This document shows positions 1-10,800 of a stretch of 64,000 bases of DNA, piece by piece (the stretch's first letter is position 1; every line of letters begins with the position of its first letter). Source of the DNA: Rhodospirillaceae bacterium (lineage in GTDB: Bacteria; Pseudomonadota; Alphaproteobacteria; Rhodospirillales; UBA2165); the NCBI GenBank assembly GCA_018674495.1, contig JABHAA010000152.1, positions 198 through 64,197 of the forward strand, read 5' to 3'. The translations under genes were made by a program, and so were the position numbers. A model generated the notes under the pieces. It did no database searches. It was not told the origin of the DNA and saw only the letters and a list, made by a program, of their open reading frames with translations.

Positions 1-171
1 TCGGATGGCGATGGCGTCCGGGGGGTATTCATCGAAGCCAAGAACCTCGGCCTTGATCTTGCCTTCCTGCGCCCGCCACGCGACCGAGGCGACGAACGGC
101 TCCAACGCCTCGGCGAAAATATCGACGGCGGCTTCGGGCACGGCCAAGGCGATGCGATAGATGTGGTCCAC
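1..171 (-). CDS. 5' end of a CDS that runs off the window; possibly a ribosomal protein L11 methyltransferase (PrmA)-like N-terminus
   Basis: The reverse strand reads GTG-DHIYRIALAVPEAAVDIFAEALEPFVASVAWRAQEGKIKAEVLGFDEYPPDAIAIR with no stop to the window edge. An in-frame TTG at 192 is an alternative start. The resemblance to PrmA N-termini is from memory only. Confidence 0.3.
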   Translation of the reverse strand, partial: MDHIYRIALAVPEAAVDIFAEALEPFVASVAWRAQEGKIKAEVLGFDEYPPDAIAIR

Positions 172-184
172 GGGAAGCCGCCCC

Positions 185-2467
185 TCAAGCAAGTTCGACG
201 AAGCTGTCGATGACTTTTTTGGTGCCGGCCTTGTCGAACGCAACCTCCAGCTTGTTGCCGTCGACGCGAAGGATGCGGCCATAGCCGAACTTCTGATGAA
301 ACACCCTTCCGCCGCTGGTAAAGCTGGATGCCGTTTCGGCGGCTGGCACCAGCCAGGCCTCGCCCTCGATCACAGTACCGTCGCGGGCATGACCGGCGCG
401 CTTGGGCGAGTTAAATTCAAACGCCCCGGGCGCGTCCCGAAAGCCGCTGCCGCCACCGGCTTTCAAAAAAGGATTGTCGGCGCTTTGCTCGATGTTCTCG
501 TCCGGCAATTCGCCGATAAAGCGGGACGGCAGAGCGTTTTGCCACTGGTTATAGATGCGCCGGTTGGCGGCGTAGGATATGCGGGCTTCCCGGCGCGCCC
601 TTGTGATGCCCACATAGGCCAGCCGGCGTTCTTCTTCCAGCCCCTTCAGGCCCTCTTCGTCGAGGCTGCGCTGATGGGGGAACAAACCCTCTTCCCAGCC
701 CGGCAGATAGACCGTGTCGAATTCCAAGCCCTTGGCCGAATGCAGGGTCATCAGATTGACCTTGGCCTCATCGGAGTTTTCGACCGTGTCCATGACCAGA
801 CTGACATGCTCTAAAAAGCCTTGCAGGTTTTCAAATTCCGACAGCCCGGCCACCAGCTCTTTCAAATTTTCCAGCCGGCCCGGCGCTTCCGGGGTTTTGT
901 CCAGCATCCACATTTCCGTATAGCCGCTTTCATCGAGCACGATCGCCGCCAGATCGGGATGCGGCAGATTGGCCAAATTTCCGCGCCAGCGTTCAAAATC
1001 GCCGATCAATTGACGCAGCGCGCTGCGCGCCTTGGGCCGCAATTCATCGCTTTCCGATATCGTTTGAGCGGCGTCGTACAGCGGCATGCCCCTGGCGCGG
1101 GCCAGATGATGGATGGTTTGCAGACTGGCCTGGCCAAGGCCGCGCTTGGGCGTGTTGACAATACGCTCGAACGCCAGATCGTCGTCCTGGCTGACGATTA
1201 CCCGGAAATAGGCAATGGCGTCGCGAATTTCGAGCCGCTCGTAAAAGCGTGGGCCGCCGATCACCCGGTAAGGAATGGCGAGCGTGATGAGCCGTTCCTC
1301 GAACTCGCGGGTCTGGAAGCCGGCGCGCACCAGCACAGCCATTTCGTCCAGGTTTTCACCCCTTGATTGGCGCGCCTCGATATCCTCGCCGACCACGCGC
1401 GCCTCTTCCTCGCCGTCCCAGACGCCTTGCAGGGCGACCTTCTTGCCCTCATTCGCGCCGGTCCAGAGTGTCTTGCCGAGGCGGCCTTCGTTGTGGGCAA
1501 TGAGCCCCGATGCGGCGCCCAATATATGCGGCGTCGAGCGGTAGTTCTGTTCCAGGCGGACCACCTTGGCGCCTTCGAAATCCTTTTCGAACGACAGGAT
1601 GTTGCCGACCTCGGCGCCGCGCCAGGAATAGATCGACTGATCATCGTCGCCAACGCAGCAGATATTGTGATGGCCCTGGGCCAACAGGCGCAGCCACAGA
1701 TATTGGGCGACGTTAGTGTCCTGATATTCGTCCACCAAAAGATAACGGAACTTCTGCTGATAGCGGGCCAGAATTTCGGTCTCGGTGGTGAACAGGGTCA
1801 GGCAATGCAGCAACAGATCGCCGAAATCGGCGGCGTTGAGCGCCAACAGCCGCGCCTGATAATCTTTGTACAATTCCACCGCCATGCCGTCGGCGGATAT
1901 GGCATCTTCTTCCGTGCCAACCTTGTCCGGGGTTAGCCCGCGATCCTTCCAGCGTTGGATGATGCCCAGCAATAACCGCGCCGGCCACTTTTTGTCGTCG
2001 ATCTCGTGCAACGCCATGATCTGTTTCAACAGGCGAAGCTGGTCGTCGGCATCCAGGATCGTGAAATTGGATTTGAGCCCGACGGCTTCGGCGTGGGCGC
2101 GCACTATGCGGGCGCCGAGGGCATGGAAGGGGCCCAGCCACCAGCCTTCCACCGGCCGGTTCAAAAGCGCCGCCACCCGGTTCTTCATTTCCATTGCGGC
2201 GCGGTTGGTGAAGGTGACGGCGACCACATCGAAGGAGCGCGCCTTGCCGGTCACCAGCAGGTGCGCAAGACGCGTTGTCAGCACCCGCGTCTTACCGGTG
2301 CCGGCGCCGGCCAGCACCAGGACCGGCCCGTCCAAGGCTTCCACCGCCTCGGCCTGAGCCTCGTTGAGGCCTTGCAAATAGGGCGGGTCAATCCCGGCGG
2401 TTCCGGCGGGGCCCGCTAAGGGGGCGGCAGGCGCCGGCTCGTCGGTCAGGGCAAAAGGGTCTGGCAT
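185..2467 (-). CDS. uvrD: UvrD/Rep/PcrA-family superfamily-1 DNA helicase (DNA helicase II)
   Basis: 760-aa ORF with Walker A AGAGTGKT and the motifs VTFTNRAA, LLVDEYQDTN, QNYRST, MTLHSAKGLEFD and YVGITRAR. Confidence 0.88.
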   Translation of the reverse strand: MPDPFALTDEPAPAAPLAGPAGTAGIDPPYLQGLNEAQAEAVEALDGPVLVLAGAGTGKTRVLTTRLAHLLVTGKARSFDVVAVTFTNRAAMEMKNRVAALLNRPVEGWWLGPFHALGARIVRAHAEAVGLKSNFTILDADDQLRLLKQIMALHEIDDKKWPARLLLGIIQRWKDRGLTPDKVGTEEDAISADGMAVELYKDYQARLLALNAADFGDLLLHCLTLFTTETEILARYQQKFRYLLVDEYQDTNVAQYLWLRLLAQGHHNICCVGDDDQSIYSWRGAEVGNILSFEKDFEGAKVVRLEQNYRSTPHILGAASGLIAHNEGRLGKTLWTGANEGKKVALQGVWDGEEEARVVGEDIEARQSRGENLDEMAVLVRAGFQTREFEERLITLAIPYRVIGGPRFYERLEIRDAIAYFRVIVSQDDDLAFERIVNTPKRGLGQASLQTIHHLARARGMPLYDAAQTISESDELRPKARSALRQLIGDFERWRGNLANLPHPDLAAIVLDESGYTEMWMLDKTPEAPGRLENLKELVAGLSEFENLQGFLEHVSLVMDTVENSDEAKVNLMTLHSAKGLEFDTVYLPGWEEGLFPHQRSLDEEGLKGLEEERRLAYVGITRARREARISYAANRRIYNQWQNALPSRFIGELPDENIEQSADNPFLKAGGGSGFRDAPGAFEFNSPKRAGHARDGTVIEGEAWLVPAAETASSFTSGGRVFHQKFGYGRILRVDGNKLEVAFDKAGTKKVIDSFVELA

Positions 2468-2619
2468 GGCGCTATTATATCATGGCCAACCCAAGGCAAC
2501 AGGTAAACTCTGGCGCCAGGACCGGTTTGAGACACATTTTGGTGTGCCCGGCGATTAATTCTTTGACTTGGCTGCCTGTTGCCGCCACCTTTTTGGGGCA
2601 AGTCGGCGCAGTCCCAAAA

Positions 2620-3645
2620 ATGGTGGATATTATGGCGCTTAGCTCTTATCGGTCCGGTCTGGCAATTGCTGGCGCCGTCTTATTTTTGGCGGTTTCGCCC
2701 ACGCCCGCACCCGGCGCCGAAAAAAACTTCGATATCTCGAAAGCCGTGGTCGGTATCAAGGCACATGTGCCTTCGACCGCCCGAACGGCGCGAATCCTCG
2801 GCACCGAGCGTATCGGCAGCGGCATCGTCATCGACGCAACCGGGCTGATCCTTACCATCGGCTATTTGATTTTGGAGGCCGACGGAGCCATCGTCACCGG
2901 GCCTGGCGGCAAACAGGCAACCGCCACGGTGGTCGCCTATGACCATGATTCCGGCTTTGGGCTCTTGCGTATTCGCGGCGCCCTGGGCACCCAGCCCATG
3001 CGCCTTGGCGATTCGCGCAAGCTTAGGCCGGGCGACAAGGTTTTGATCGCCAGCCGCGGCGGCAACCAGCCGGTGATCGCCGCCAATGTGGTGTCCCGGC
3101 GCGTCTTCACCGGCGGCTGGGAATATATGCTGGAAAGCGCTATCTACACGGCGCCGCCGCATTCGTTTCATTCCGGCGCCGCGCTGATCGGCGAGGATGG
3201 GCGTTTGCTCGGCGTCGGCTCGCTTTTGGTCGGCGACGCCGCCGGGCCCGGCCGCCACGTTCCCGGCAATATGTTCGTGCCGGTGGAAATCCTGAAACCG
3301 GTTCTGGGCGAGCTTTTGGAACAAGGAAGGCGGGCCGGCAAGGCGCGCCCCTGGATCGGCGCCAACACGGCGGAGGTGGCCGGCAGGCTGGTGGTGACGC
3401 GGGTCTCGCCGGGCGGGCCTGCCGCCAAGGCCGGCATCGAAGGCGGCGATCTGATCCTCGGCGTGGGCGGCAAACCGGTCAACGGTCAGGCCGATTTCTA
3501 CCGCAAAATATGGAACCACGGGCCGGCGGGCATATCGGTGCCGCTCAATCTGTTGCCCAAAGATCTGAGCCAGATGAAAAACCGCCAGGTTCCGGTGCAA
3601 TCCATCGACCGCTCCGACTGGCTACGCCCACGCCGCTCATATTAA
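2620..3645 (+). CDS. Secreted trypsin-fold (S1C/HtrA-like) protein with a C-terminal PDZ domain
   Basis: The ORF track starts at 2482, but the internal ATG at 2620 precedes a signal-peptide-like stretch (LAIAGAVLFLAVSPTPAPGA). It has a GSGIVID...ILT box, an HSGAAL Ser box, and a PDZ-like GGPAAKAGIEGGDLILGVGGKPV. Confidence 0.72.
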   Translation: MVDIMALSSYRSGLAIAGAVLFLAVSPTPAPGAEKNFDISKAVVGIKAHVPSTARTARILGTERIGSGIVIDATGLILTIGYLILEADGAIVTGPGGKQATATVVAYDHDSGFGLLRIRGALGTQPMRLGDSRKLRPGDKVLIASRGGNQPVIAANVVSRRVFTGGWEYMLESAIYTAPPHSFHSGAALIGEDGRLLGVGSLLVGDAAGPGRHVPGNMFVPVEILKPVLGELLEQGRRAGKARPWIGANTAEVAGRLVVTRVSPGGPAAKAGIEGGDLILGVGGKPVNGQADFYRKIWNHGPAGISVPLNLLPKDLSQMKNRQVPVQSIDRSDWLRPRRSY

Positions 3646-3646
3646 A

Positions 3647-5467
3647 TCACGCCGTGTCGTGCTCTTCGTGACGGGCTTCGATCAACGCCCGATTATAGGC
3701 GGCCATCACATCGGTCTCGAACAAGGTGCCGGCCAGCCGGTGGTCGTCCTTGCTTTCGACAACGGCGATGAAATGCTCGCCGGTATCGCGGATCAGCTTG
3801 TTGGCGGTCTGCAGATCATCATCGGCATAAATCACCGGCGGATCGTTGCGCGCGATATCGCCTGCGTTGATCAAATTATCCACATCGTGATCGAAAGCGG
3901 CGTCTGACAGATCGTGCAAGGTTATGGTGCCGAACAGCTCGCCATCACTTTTTACCACGAACAGCTCACCGGTCTCCGATGCCTGCAAGGCGGCGCGAAT
4001 TTCAGGGAGCGAGGCGCCGATCAAAATGATCTCGCTTTCAGTGTGCATGGTTTTGCGGACGGACAAACCGCGCAAAAGAGCCGCCTCGAAGCCGCCCTTG
4101 AGATCGAGCCCGGCGCGTTCCAACTGCCACGAAAAGAAAGATTTGCCCTGGAACTGCTGGGTGATGATCGACGAAATTACCACCGCCAGCATGACGCCGA
4201 TGGTCAGGGGATAATCGTCGGTCAGCTCGAACACAATCAGCGTCGTTGAAATGGGCGCGCCCAGGACCGCCGCCGCCACTGCACCCATCCCGATAATCGT
4301 GTAGGCGCCGGCGCCGGACGACAATTCCGGAAAAATCGAGGTGACGATAACGCCGTAGGCGCCGCCAAGCATGGCGCCGATCATCAGCGATGGGGTGAAC
4401 ACGCCGCCGCCGAAGCCGGTGCCGATGCTGACCGCTGTAGTCAAAATCTTGACCACCACCAGTGCGATAAGCAAGGCCAGCGGAAACATTTCCTTCAATG
4501 CCAGATCGGTGGCTTCGTAGCCGACGCCGAGTACCTGAGGAAAGACAATCGCAACCAGCCCAACGATAAAGCCGCCGAAGGCCGGGCGCGCCCAGGCCGG
4601 GCCCGGCAGTTTTTGGGCGGCGTCTTCGGTTGCCATGGTGGTGCGCATGAACATGATCGCCATGATCCCCGACAAGACGCCAAGCCCGACCACGGCGGGA
4701 AATTCCAGGAATGAGGCCAGCGATTGTTCCTGCAGTTCGAAGGCTGGAAAATCGCCGAACACGACGCGCGAAAAGATGGTGCCGACGACGGACGCGATCA
4801 CGATCGGGGCAAAGGCGGAGAAGGCGAAATGGCCGACCACAACTTCGTGGGCGAACAGGGCGCCGGCGATGGGCGCGTTGAACGATGCCGCCACCGCGGC
4901 AGCGGCGCCGCAGCCCAAAAGTGCGCGCGACAGTGACCGGGTCAGATGCAGCTTTTCGGCCACCCATGCGCCGAGGGTGGCGCCCAAATGTACTGCCGGG
5001 CCTTCGCGCCCGACCGACGCGCCGAAGCCGATGGAAGCGGCGCTGGCGACCGCCGCGCCGATGCCGGCGCGCAAGGACATGCGCGCACCGCGCAGCGCGC
5101 TTGCCTCGATCACTTTGGCGACGCCTTGCGGGCGACGCCCCGGTATCGCCACGTGAATGAAAATGCCGACCGCCAACCCGCCGAAGGTGGTCACCAACAG
5201 GATATGCCACCAGGGAAGTTGGGTAGCATAATCGATAAAACTTTCCGAGCCGGTGCCGAAGGAGGTCGATTGCACCAGGGTGATGCCGTGGCGCAAGGCC
5301 ACCGTTCCCAATCCCGCCAGGGCGCCGACCACCACGGCCAGAACCGCCAGGATCAATTGATCGTTGCGGATCAGCCGGCGCACGCGCATCAGCACGCGGC
5401 TTGGCCTTATACCAAGGGTCATTGATCCAGGAATTTTCAGCATGGCTCCCCGTCCATGGCCAAACAA
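3647..5467 (-). CDS. ClC-family voltage-gated chloride channel / H+-Cl- antiporter with C-terminal CBS domains
   Basis: Contains the GSGIP-like, GREGP (SVGREGPAVHLG) and GGVFTPS selectivity-filter motifs, about 10 or more hydrophobic segments, and a CBS-pair tail. The start is uncertain, with several in-frame Met codons in the first 27 codons. Confidence 0.85.
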   Translation of the reverse strand: MFGHGRGAMLKIPGSMTLGIRPSRVLMRVRRLIRNDQLILAVLAVVVGALAGLGTVALRHGITLVQSTSFGTGSESFIDYATQLPWWHILLVTTFGGLAVGIFIHVAIPGRRPQGVAKVIEASALRGARMSLRAGIGAAVASAASIGFGASVGREGPAVHLGATLGAWVAEKLHLTRSLSRALLGCGAAAAVAASFNAPIAGALFAHEVVVGHFAFSAFAPIVIASVVGTIFSRVVFGDFPAFELQEQSLASFLEFPAVVGLGVLSGIMAIMFMRTTMATEDAAQKLPGPAWARPAFGGFIVGLVAIVFPQVLGVGYEATDLALKEMFPLALLIALVVVKILTTAVSIGTGFGGGVFTPSLMIGAMLGGAYGVIVTSIFPELSSGAGAYTIIGMGAVAAAVLGAPISTTLIVFELTDDYPLTIGVMLAVVISSIITQQFQGKSFFSWQLERAGLDLKGGFEAALLRGLSVRKTMHTESEIILIGASLPEIRAALQASETGELFVVKSDGELFGTITLHDLSDAAFDHDVDNLINAGDIARNDPPVIYADDDLQTANKLIRDTGEHFIAVVESKDDHRLAGTLFETDVMAAYNRALIEARHEEHDTA

Positions 5468-5513
5468 ACGCGCCGCGATGCCGCCTTATACCAAAGACCA
5501 GCGATCCTTGGTA

Positions 5514-6554
5514 TTAACCGCCAACCGCCAATTTTTGCTCGGGAATATCTTTTTCGGAGACCACCCGATTGCGGCCCGTCTGCTTGGCGGTATAAAGCGC
5601 AACATCGGCGCGTTCGATAAAATCGGTCAAAGCTTCGCCCGGAACGTACGTCGATGCGCCTACCGAGAGCGTGATGCCGCCCAGCTTTTTGCCGGTGGTG
5701 CGATTGACGATGTTCTTTTTGGCGATGCGGTCGCGGATCAACTCGCCGACCGCCATCGCGTCATCCAACATGGAGCCCGGCAGAACCACCGCAAACTCCT
5801 CGCCGCCATAGCGCGCGGCCACATCGTGGGTTTTGATGCTTTCGTTCAAAACCAGAGCCAGCAATTTGAGAACCTTATCACCGGTCTGATGGCCGTAATT
5901 GTCGTTGAATTTCTTGAAGAAATCGATATCGAGCATCAACAGGCACAATGGATCGCCGCTTTCCATGGCATGGGCGCAGGTCTCGCGCATAGTCAGATCG
6001 AACAGTTTGCGGTTGGCAAGGCCGGTCAGACCATCGGTCGAGGCTTCGCGCCTTGTGATCTCGATCTCTTTGCGCAACTGGACAACCTCGTCCGATGCCG
6101 AGGCCAGCCTTTGTTCCAGCGCGTGAGAATGTTTTTCCATCTGCTGGCTGGCGCCGATAATGCCTTCGATAATGGTGCGCGCATCGTTGCCCGGCGCGCC
6201 GTCCGCCAGCGCGCCCGAGGCGTCGGCCAAATGCTCGCCAAACTGGGCGGCGCCTTCGCCGGCTTCGTTCAAATATTCCGATGCGCGCTTGATTACGCCT
6301 TCCAATTTGGTGGTCGCCGAATGGGCGCCTTTTTCTTCCGACTCGTGGGTGAAAAAACGCTCAAACAGATTGGCGTTTACCGATGGCGAAAATTCCTGGC
6401 CATTGTCGATCAGAATATCAACGGTGCGCTTCAAATCGGGATAGGTGCCGGCGCAATAGTGATACCAGACCGTAAAATTATCGGGGAGCGCAGGGATATC
6501 CCTTTCGCGCATACAGGCCATTGCCTTTTCGGCGGAGATATTTGCATCGCTCAT
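5514..6554 (-). CDS. Diguanylate cyclase (GGDEF domain) with an N-terminal sensory / coiled-coil region
   Basis: C-terminal GGDEF domain with DGLTGLANRK, FKKFNDNYGH and the active site RYGGEEFAVVL. Confidence 0.85.
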   Translation of the reverse strand: MSDANISAEKAMACMRERDIPALPDNFTVWYHYCAGTYPDLKRTVDILIDNGQEFSPSVNANLFERFFTHESEEKGAHSATTKLEGVIKRASEYLNEAGEGAAQFGEHLADASGALADGAPGNDARTIIEGIIGASQQMEKHSHALEQRLASASDEVVQLRKEIEITRREASTDGLTGLANRKLFDLTMRETCAHAMESGDPLCLLMLDIDFFKKFNDNYGHQTGDKVLKLLALVLNESIKTHDVAARYGGEEFAVVLPGSMLDDAMAVGELIRDRIAKKNIVNRTTGKKLGGITLSVGASTYVPGEALTDFIERADVALYTAKQTGRNRVVSEKDIPEQKLAVGG

Positions 6555-6761
6555 GGCTTGGCAATTCGCTCCCTGGCGCGATCACTAGGTGCCGCAATCG
6601 TTGCGTCCCCAGAAAACCGCGATGACACGAAACCATAAAATACGATTTCGATCACCAATCTTCAATAGCTCAAATGGGTATTCATTGAGGAGAATCCCAC
6701 TAATGATTTTTGGCCTCCCGCCAAGGCGTGCAATCGCGGCAAATCGGTTATAAATTGAACC

Positions 6762-6920
6762 ATGGCAAAATATGCAGATCAATTACCGGCCAATGTGAAC
6801 GGCACCCTGTTCGTCGATAAAAATTGCATCGATGGCAACACCTGCCACTGGATCTGGCACATGCAAGGCGGTCGGGCAGCGCGCACTTACGTGGTGCACA
6901 ATCTGGCGGAAGCATCATGA
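6762..6920 (+). pseudogene. 52-codon ferredoxin-like remnant (mono-cluster Fe-S motif degraded and truncated)
   Basis: ATG at 6762. The translation is MAKYADQLPANVNGTLFVDKNCIDGNTCHWIWHMQGGRAARTYVVHNLAEAS. FVDxxCID(C->G)xTC resembles the CxxCxxC start of small ferredoxins, but the middle Cys is Gly and the distal Cys-Pro is absent. Its stop overlaps the next gene's ATG (ATGA). It is below the ORF-track size cutoff. Confidence 0.3.
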
Positions 6921-7480
6921 GCGAGGGCGGCGAGGCAACACCCCGCGTCTATCTGGCGGGGCCCGATATTTACCATCCGCGCGCCGAAGAGATCGCCGCC
7001 AACAAGAAATCCATCTGCGAGCGCTATGGCCTTGAGGGCGTAACGCCCATGGATATAGAGGGCGGGCGGACGCATTCGGGCAGCGCCGATGATGGGCTTG
7101 AAATATACCGGGCGGCGCGCATCATGATCGCCGGCTGCGATGCCCTGATTGCCAACATGACGCCGTTCCGCGGCCCCGGCATTGATGCTGCGACGGCCCT
7201 GGAAATGGGGGTCATGGCCGGTTATGGGCGGCCCATCGTCGGCTACAGTTTGGATACACAAATCTACAAAGACCGCCTTGCCCATCTGTTCCAAGAGATC
7301 GAAGAGGATCTCATCGAAAACGGCAGTGGCCTTGCCACCCGCGACGGGCTGTCGGTGGAGGATTTCGGCCTTCTCGATACGGCCGTGATCGCCGGCGCAG
7401 CGATGACCGCCGGCGCCCCCATCGCCGAGGATTTCGAGGCCGCAGTGCGCTGGATGCGCCGTCTGCTCCGGCCCGCCTAA
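6917..7480 (+). CDS. Nucleoside 2-deoxyribosyltransferase-family protein
   Basis: The internal ATG at 6917 gives MSEGGEATPRVYLAGPDIYHP...ANMTPFRGPGIDAATALEMG..GRPIVGY, the PF05014-like pattern. The track ORF begins at 6824. Confidence 0.72.
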   Translation: MSEGGEATPRVYLAGPDIYHPRAEEIAANKKSICERYGLEGVTPMDIEGGRTHSGSADDGLEIYRAARIMIAGCDALIANMTPFRGPGIDAATALEMGVMAGYGRPIVGYSLDTQIYKDRLAHLFQEIEEDLIENGSGLATRDGLSVEDFGLLDTAVIAGAAMTAGAPIAEDFEAAVRWMRRLLRPA

Positions 7481-7581
7481 ATTTATTAGAAAATTTGTAC
7501 GGCGATTCAAAATATATTAACGCCTCTGCCCTATGGTGGGTTTTGCTCTTAGGGGACCAACCCTTCCACAGACGCCAAGAA

Positions 7582-7875
7582 ATGGCGCGGCGGACAGATA
7601 CCAGGCGGGCAGAAACCATGTGGAAATTCGATTGGTCGCACTATGTCAGCGAGCAGATAAAGTGGGCCGAAATTCTGATCACCAAGGCCGACGACATCCC
7701 CGGATACGAAGCAGCCAAATTACGCGACCGCGGCACGGAAGTTCTATCCCGGGTTTCGCGCATGATCGGCGAAGATCTAACCGACGATAATGATTACGGC
7801 GCAGCTTTGGAACGACTTTTGGCCAACGGCCACGATATCACCCGCTTCCGCATCGATGCCCGCCTTACGAACTAG
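7582..7875 (+). CDS. Hypothetical small protein
   Basis: ORF with ATG at 7582, or at 7619 ([10 protein letters not shown]...). No recognisable motif. Its 3' end overlaps the convergent metH stop by 11 nt. Confidence 0.4.
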   Translation: MARRTDTRRAETMWKFDWSHYVSEQIKWAEILITKADDIPGYEAAKLRDRGTEVLSRVSRMIGEDLTDDNDYGAALERLLANGHDITRFRIDARLTN

Positions 7876-10800
7876 ATTTATCCTCAGGCTCATAACTTAA
7901 ATTGGGCGCCAGCCAGGTCTCGGCCTGTGCCAGCGTAACGCCCCGGCGCTTGGCGTAGTCGGCAATCTGATCCTTGCCGACGCGGCCTAGCCCAAAATAG
8001 CTTGCCCCCGGATGGGCAAAGTAAAATCCCGACACCGACGCCGCCGGCAGCATGGCGAAACTTTCAGTCAGCTCGATGCGAGCATTGCTGTGGGCGTCTA
8101 GCAATTCGAATAGCAACGGCTTCAGCGAATGGTCCGGGCAGGCCGGATAACCGGGTGCCGGGCGAATACCCTGATAGCTTTCCTTGATTACGTCCCGGTT
8201 AGAGAGGTCTTCATCTGGCGCGTAGCCCCAATAGGTTTTGCGCACCCGCTCGTGCAGCCGCTCGGCGAAGGCTTCGGCCAGACGGTCGGCCAGAGCCTGC
8301 AGCATGATGTCGCCATAATCGTTGTGATGGGCGAGAAAATCGGCGCGCTTTGCTTCGATACCATGCCCGGTGGTGACCGCGAAAAGACCGATAAAATCTT
8401 GCCGCCCGGTTTCCTTGGGCGCCACAAAATCGGCCAGGCAATGATTGATGCCGCCGTCCCGCTTGATCATCTGCTGGCGCAAAAATGGCAAGGTCATGCG
8501 CACCTTGCGCCTGGACGCATCGGTGTAAATTTCGATATCGTCACCCACCGAATTGGCCGGGAAAAACCCGAACGCGGCGTCGGCGTGCAACCAGCCTTCG
8601 CCCGTGATCCGCTCCAACATAGCGCCAGCATCTTCAAACAACCCGCGCGCCGCCTCGCCCTGACGGTCATCATGTAATATGGCCGGGTAATTGCCGGTAA
8701 GCTCCCAAGTACGGAAGAACGGCGTCCAGTCGATGCGCGGCACCAGATCGCCGAGATCAACCTCGCGCAAGGAGCGAACGCCGAGGAATGTGGGCGCATC
8801 GGCGATCTCGTCCCAATCGAGTGTATTGGATTCCGCCCTCGCACCTTCGATATCGTGCAGGCGCTGAGCCGTGGCGCGGCCTTCATGGCGGCGCCGGACC
8901 TCGGCGTAATCGGCTTCGGTTTCGGCCACAAGACTGCCCCGCGTCTCCGCGTTCAGAAGCCGTCCGACGACGCCGACGGCGCGCGAAGCGTCGGTAACAT
9001 AGACCGTCGGGCCGGAATAGGCGGGCGCGATCTTAACCGCCGTATGGGCTTTCGATGTGGTCGCGCCGCCGATCAGGAGCGGAATATCCAATCCGGCACG
9101 CTTCATTTCTGACGCCACATGGGTCATTTCCTCCAACGACGGCGTGATCAGCCCCGATAGCCCGATGGCGTCCACCTTTTCGGCCACCGCCGCTTCCAGA
9201 ATTTTCTCGTAAGGCACCATGACGCCGAGATCGACGATGTCATAGTTGTTGCACTGCAAAACTACGGAAACGATATTCTTGCCGATATCGTGTACGTCAC
9301 CCTTGACCGTCGCCATCAGGATTTTGGCCTTGGCCAGGGTTTCGGTAGTCTTGTCGGCTTCGATAAAGGGCAAAAGATGGCTCACCGCCTGCTTCATAAC
9401 GCGGGCGCTTTTGACCACCTGCGGCAGGAACATCTGGCCCGATCCAAACAAATCGCCGACCACGTTCATGCCGGCCATTAATGTTTGCTCGACCACATCG
9501 ATGGGGCGCACAGCCGCCAAGCGCGCTTCTTCAGTGTCTTCGACGATAAATTCGGTGATGCCGTTTACCAAAGCGTGGGTGATGCGGTCCTGGATATCAC
9601 CGTCCCGCCAGGCCAGATCGGCGGCAGCGCCCGGACCCCGACCCTTGGCGGTGTCAGCGACTTCCAAAAGCCGCTCGGTGGCGTCTTCGCGCCGGTTGAG
9701 GATGACGTCTTCGATCCGCTCCAGCAATTCCGGTTCGATATCCGCGTAGATGGTCAACTGACCCGCATTGACGATGCCCATATCGAGCCCGGCGGCCACC
9801 GCGTGATAAAGAAACACCGCATGCATGGCTTCGCGCAAAGCATTGTTGCCGCGAAACGAAAACGACACATTGCTGATTCCGCCTGAGACCCGGACGCCGG
9901 GCAGGTTTTCTTTGATATAGGCGACAGCGGCGATGAAATCGGCGGCGAAACCCCGATGTTCCTCGATCCCGGTGGCAACCGGGAAGACGTTGGGATCGAA
10001 AATGATATCTCGGGCCGGGAAGCCCACCTCTTCGGTCAGGATGCGGTAGGAACGCGTCGATATTTCTTTCATACGTTCCAGATTATCGGCCTGGCCGTCT
10101 TCGTCGAAGGCCATGACCACGGCGGCGGCGCCAAACTTCATGACTTGGCGGGCGTGAGCGCGGAACGCATCTTCGCCTTCCTTGAGGCTGATGGAATTGA
10201 CGATACATTTGCCTTGGATACATTTGAGGCCGGTTTCGATCACCGAGAATTTGGACGAATCGATCATCATCGGCACGCGCGCGATATCGGGCTCGGACGC
10301 GATCAACTTCAAAAACCGGCCCATGGCGGCTTCAGAATCGAGCATCGCCTCATCCATATTGACGTCAACCACCTGCGCGCCGCCATTAACCTGCGCGCGG
10401 GCAATATCGAGGGCAGCCTCATAATCCCCTTCGGAGATCAATTTATTGAAGCGGGCCGAGCCGGCGACGTTGGTGCGCTCGCCCACATTTACGAAGCCGG
10501 TCACGTCGTCCAGATGCAGGGCCTCCAGCCCGGACAATAGGCTGCCCTCGGCAGGCGTGGGAATAACGCGGGGCGCCACGCCATCAAGCGCGGCGGCCAG
10601 GGCGCGCACATGATCAGGCGTCGTGCCGCAACACCCCCCGGCGATATTGATCAACCCTTCGTCGGCGAAGCTGCGGATGGTGGCCGCCATCTCTTCCGGG
10701 GTTTCGTCATACTCGCCAAAGGCGTTGGGCAGCCCGGCGTTGGGATGCACCGAAACAAACGTATCGGCGGCGCGGGAAAGGGCCTGGCAATGGGGGCGCA

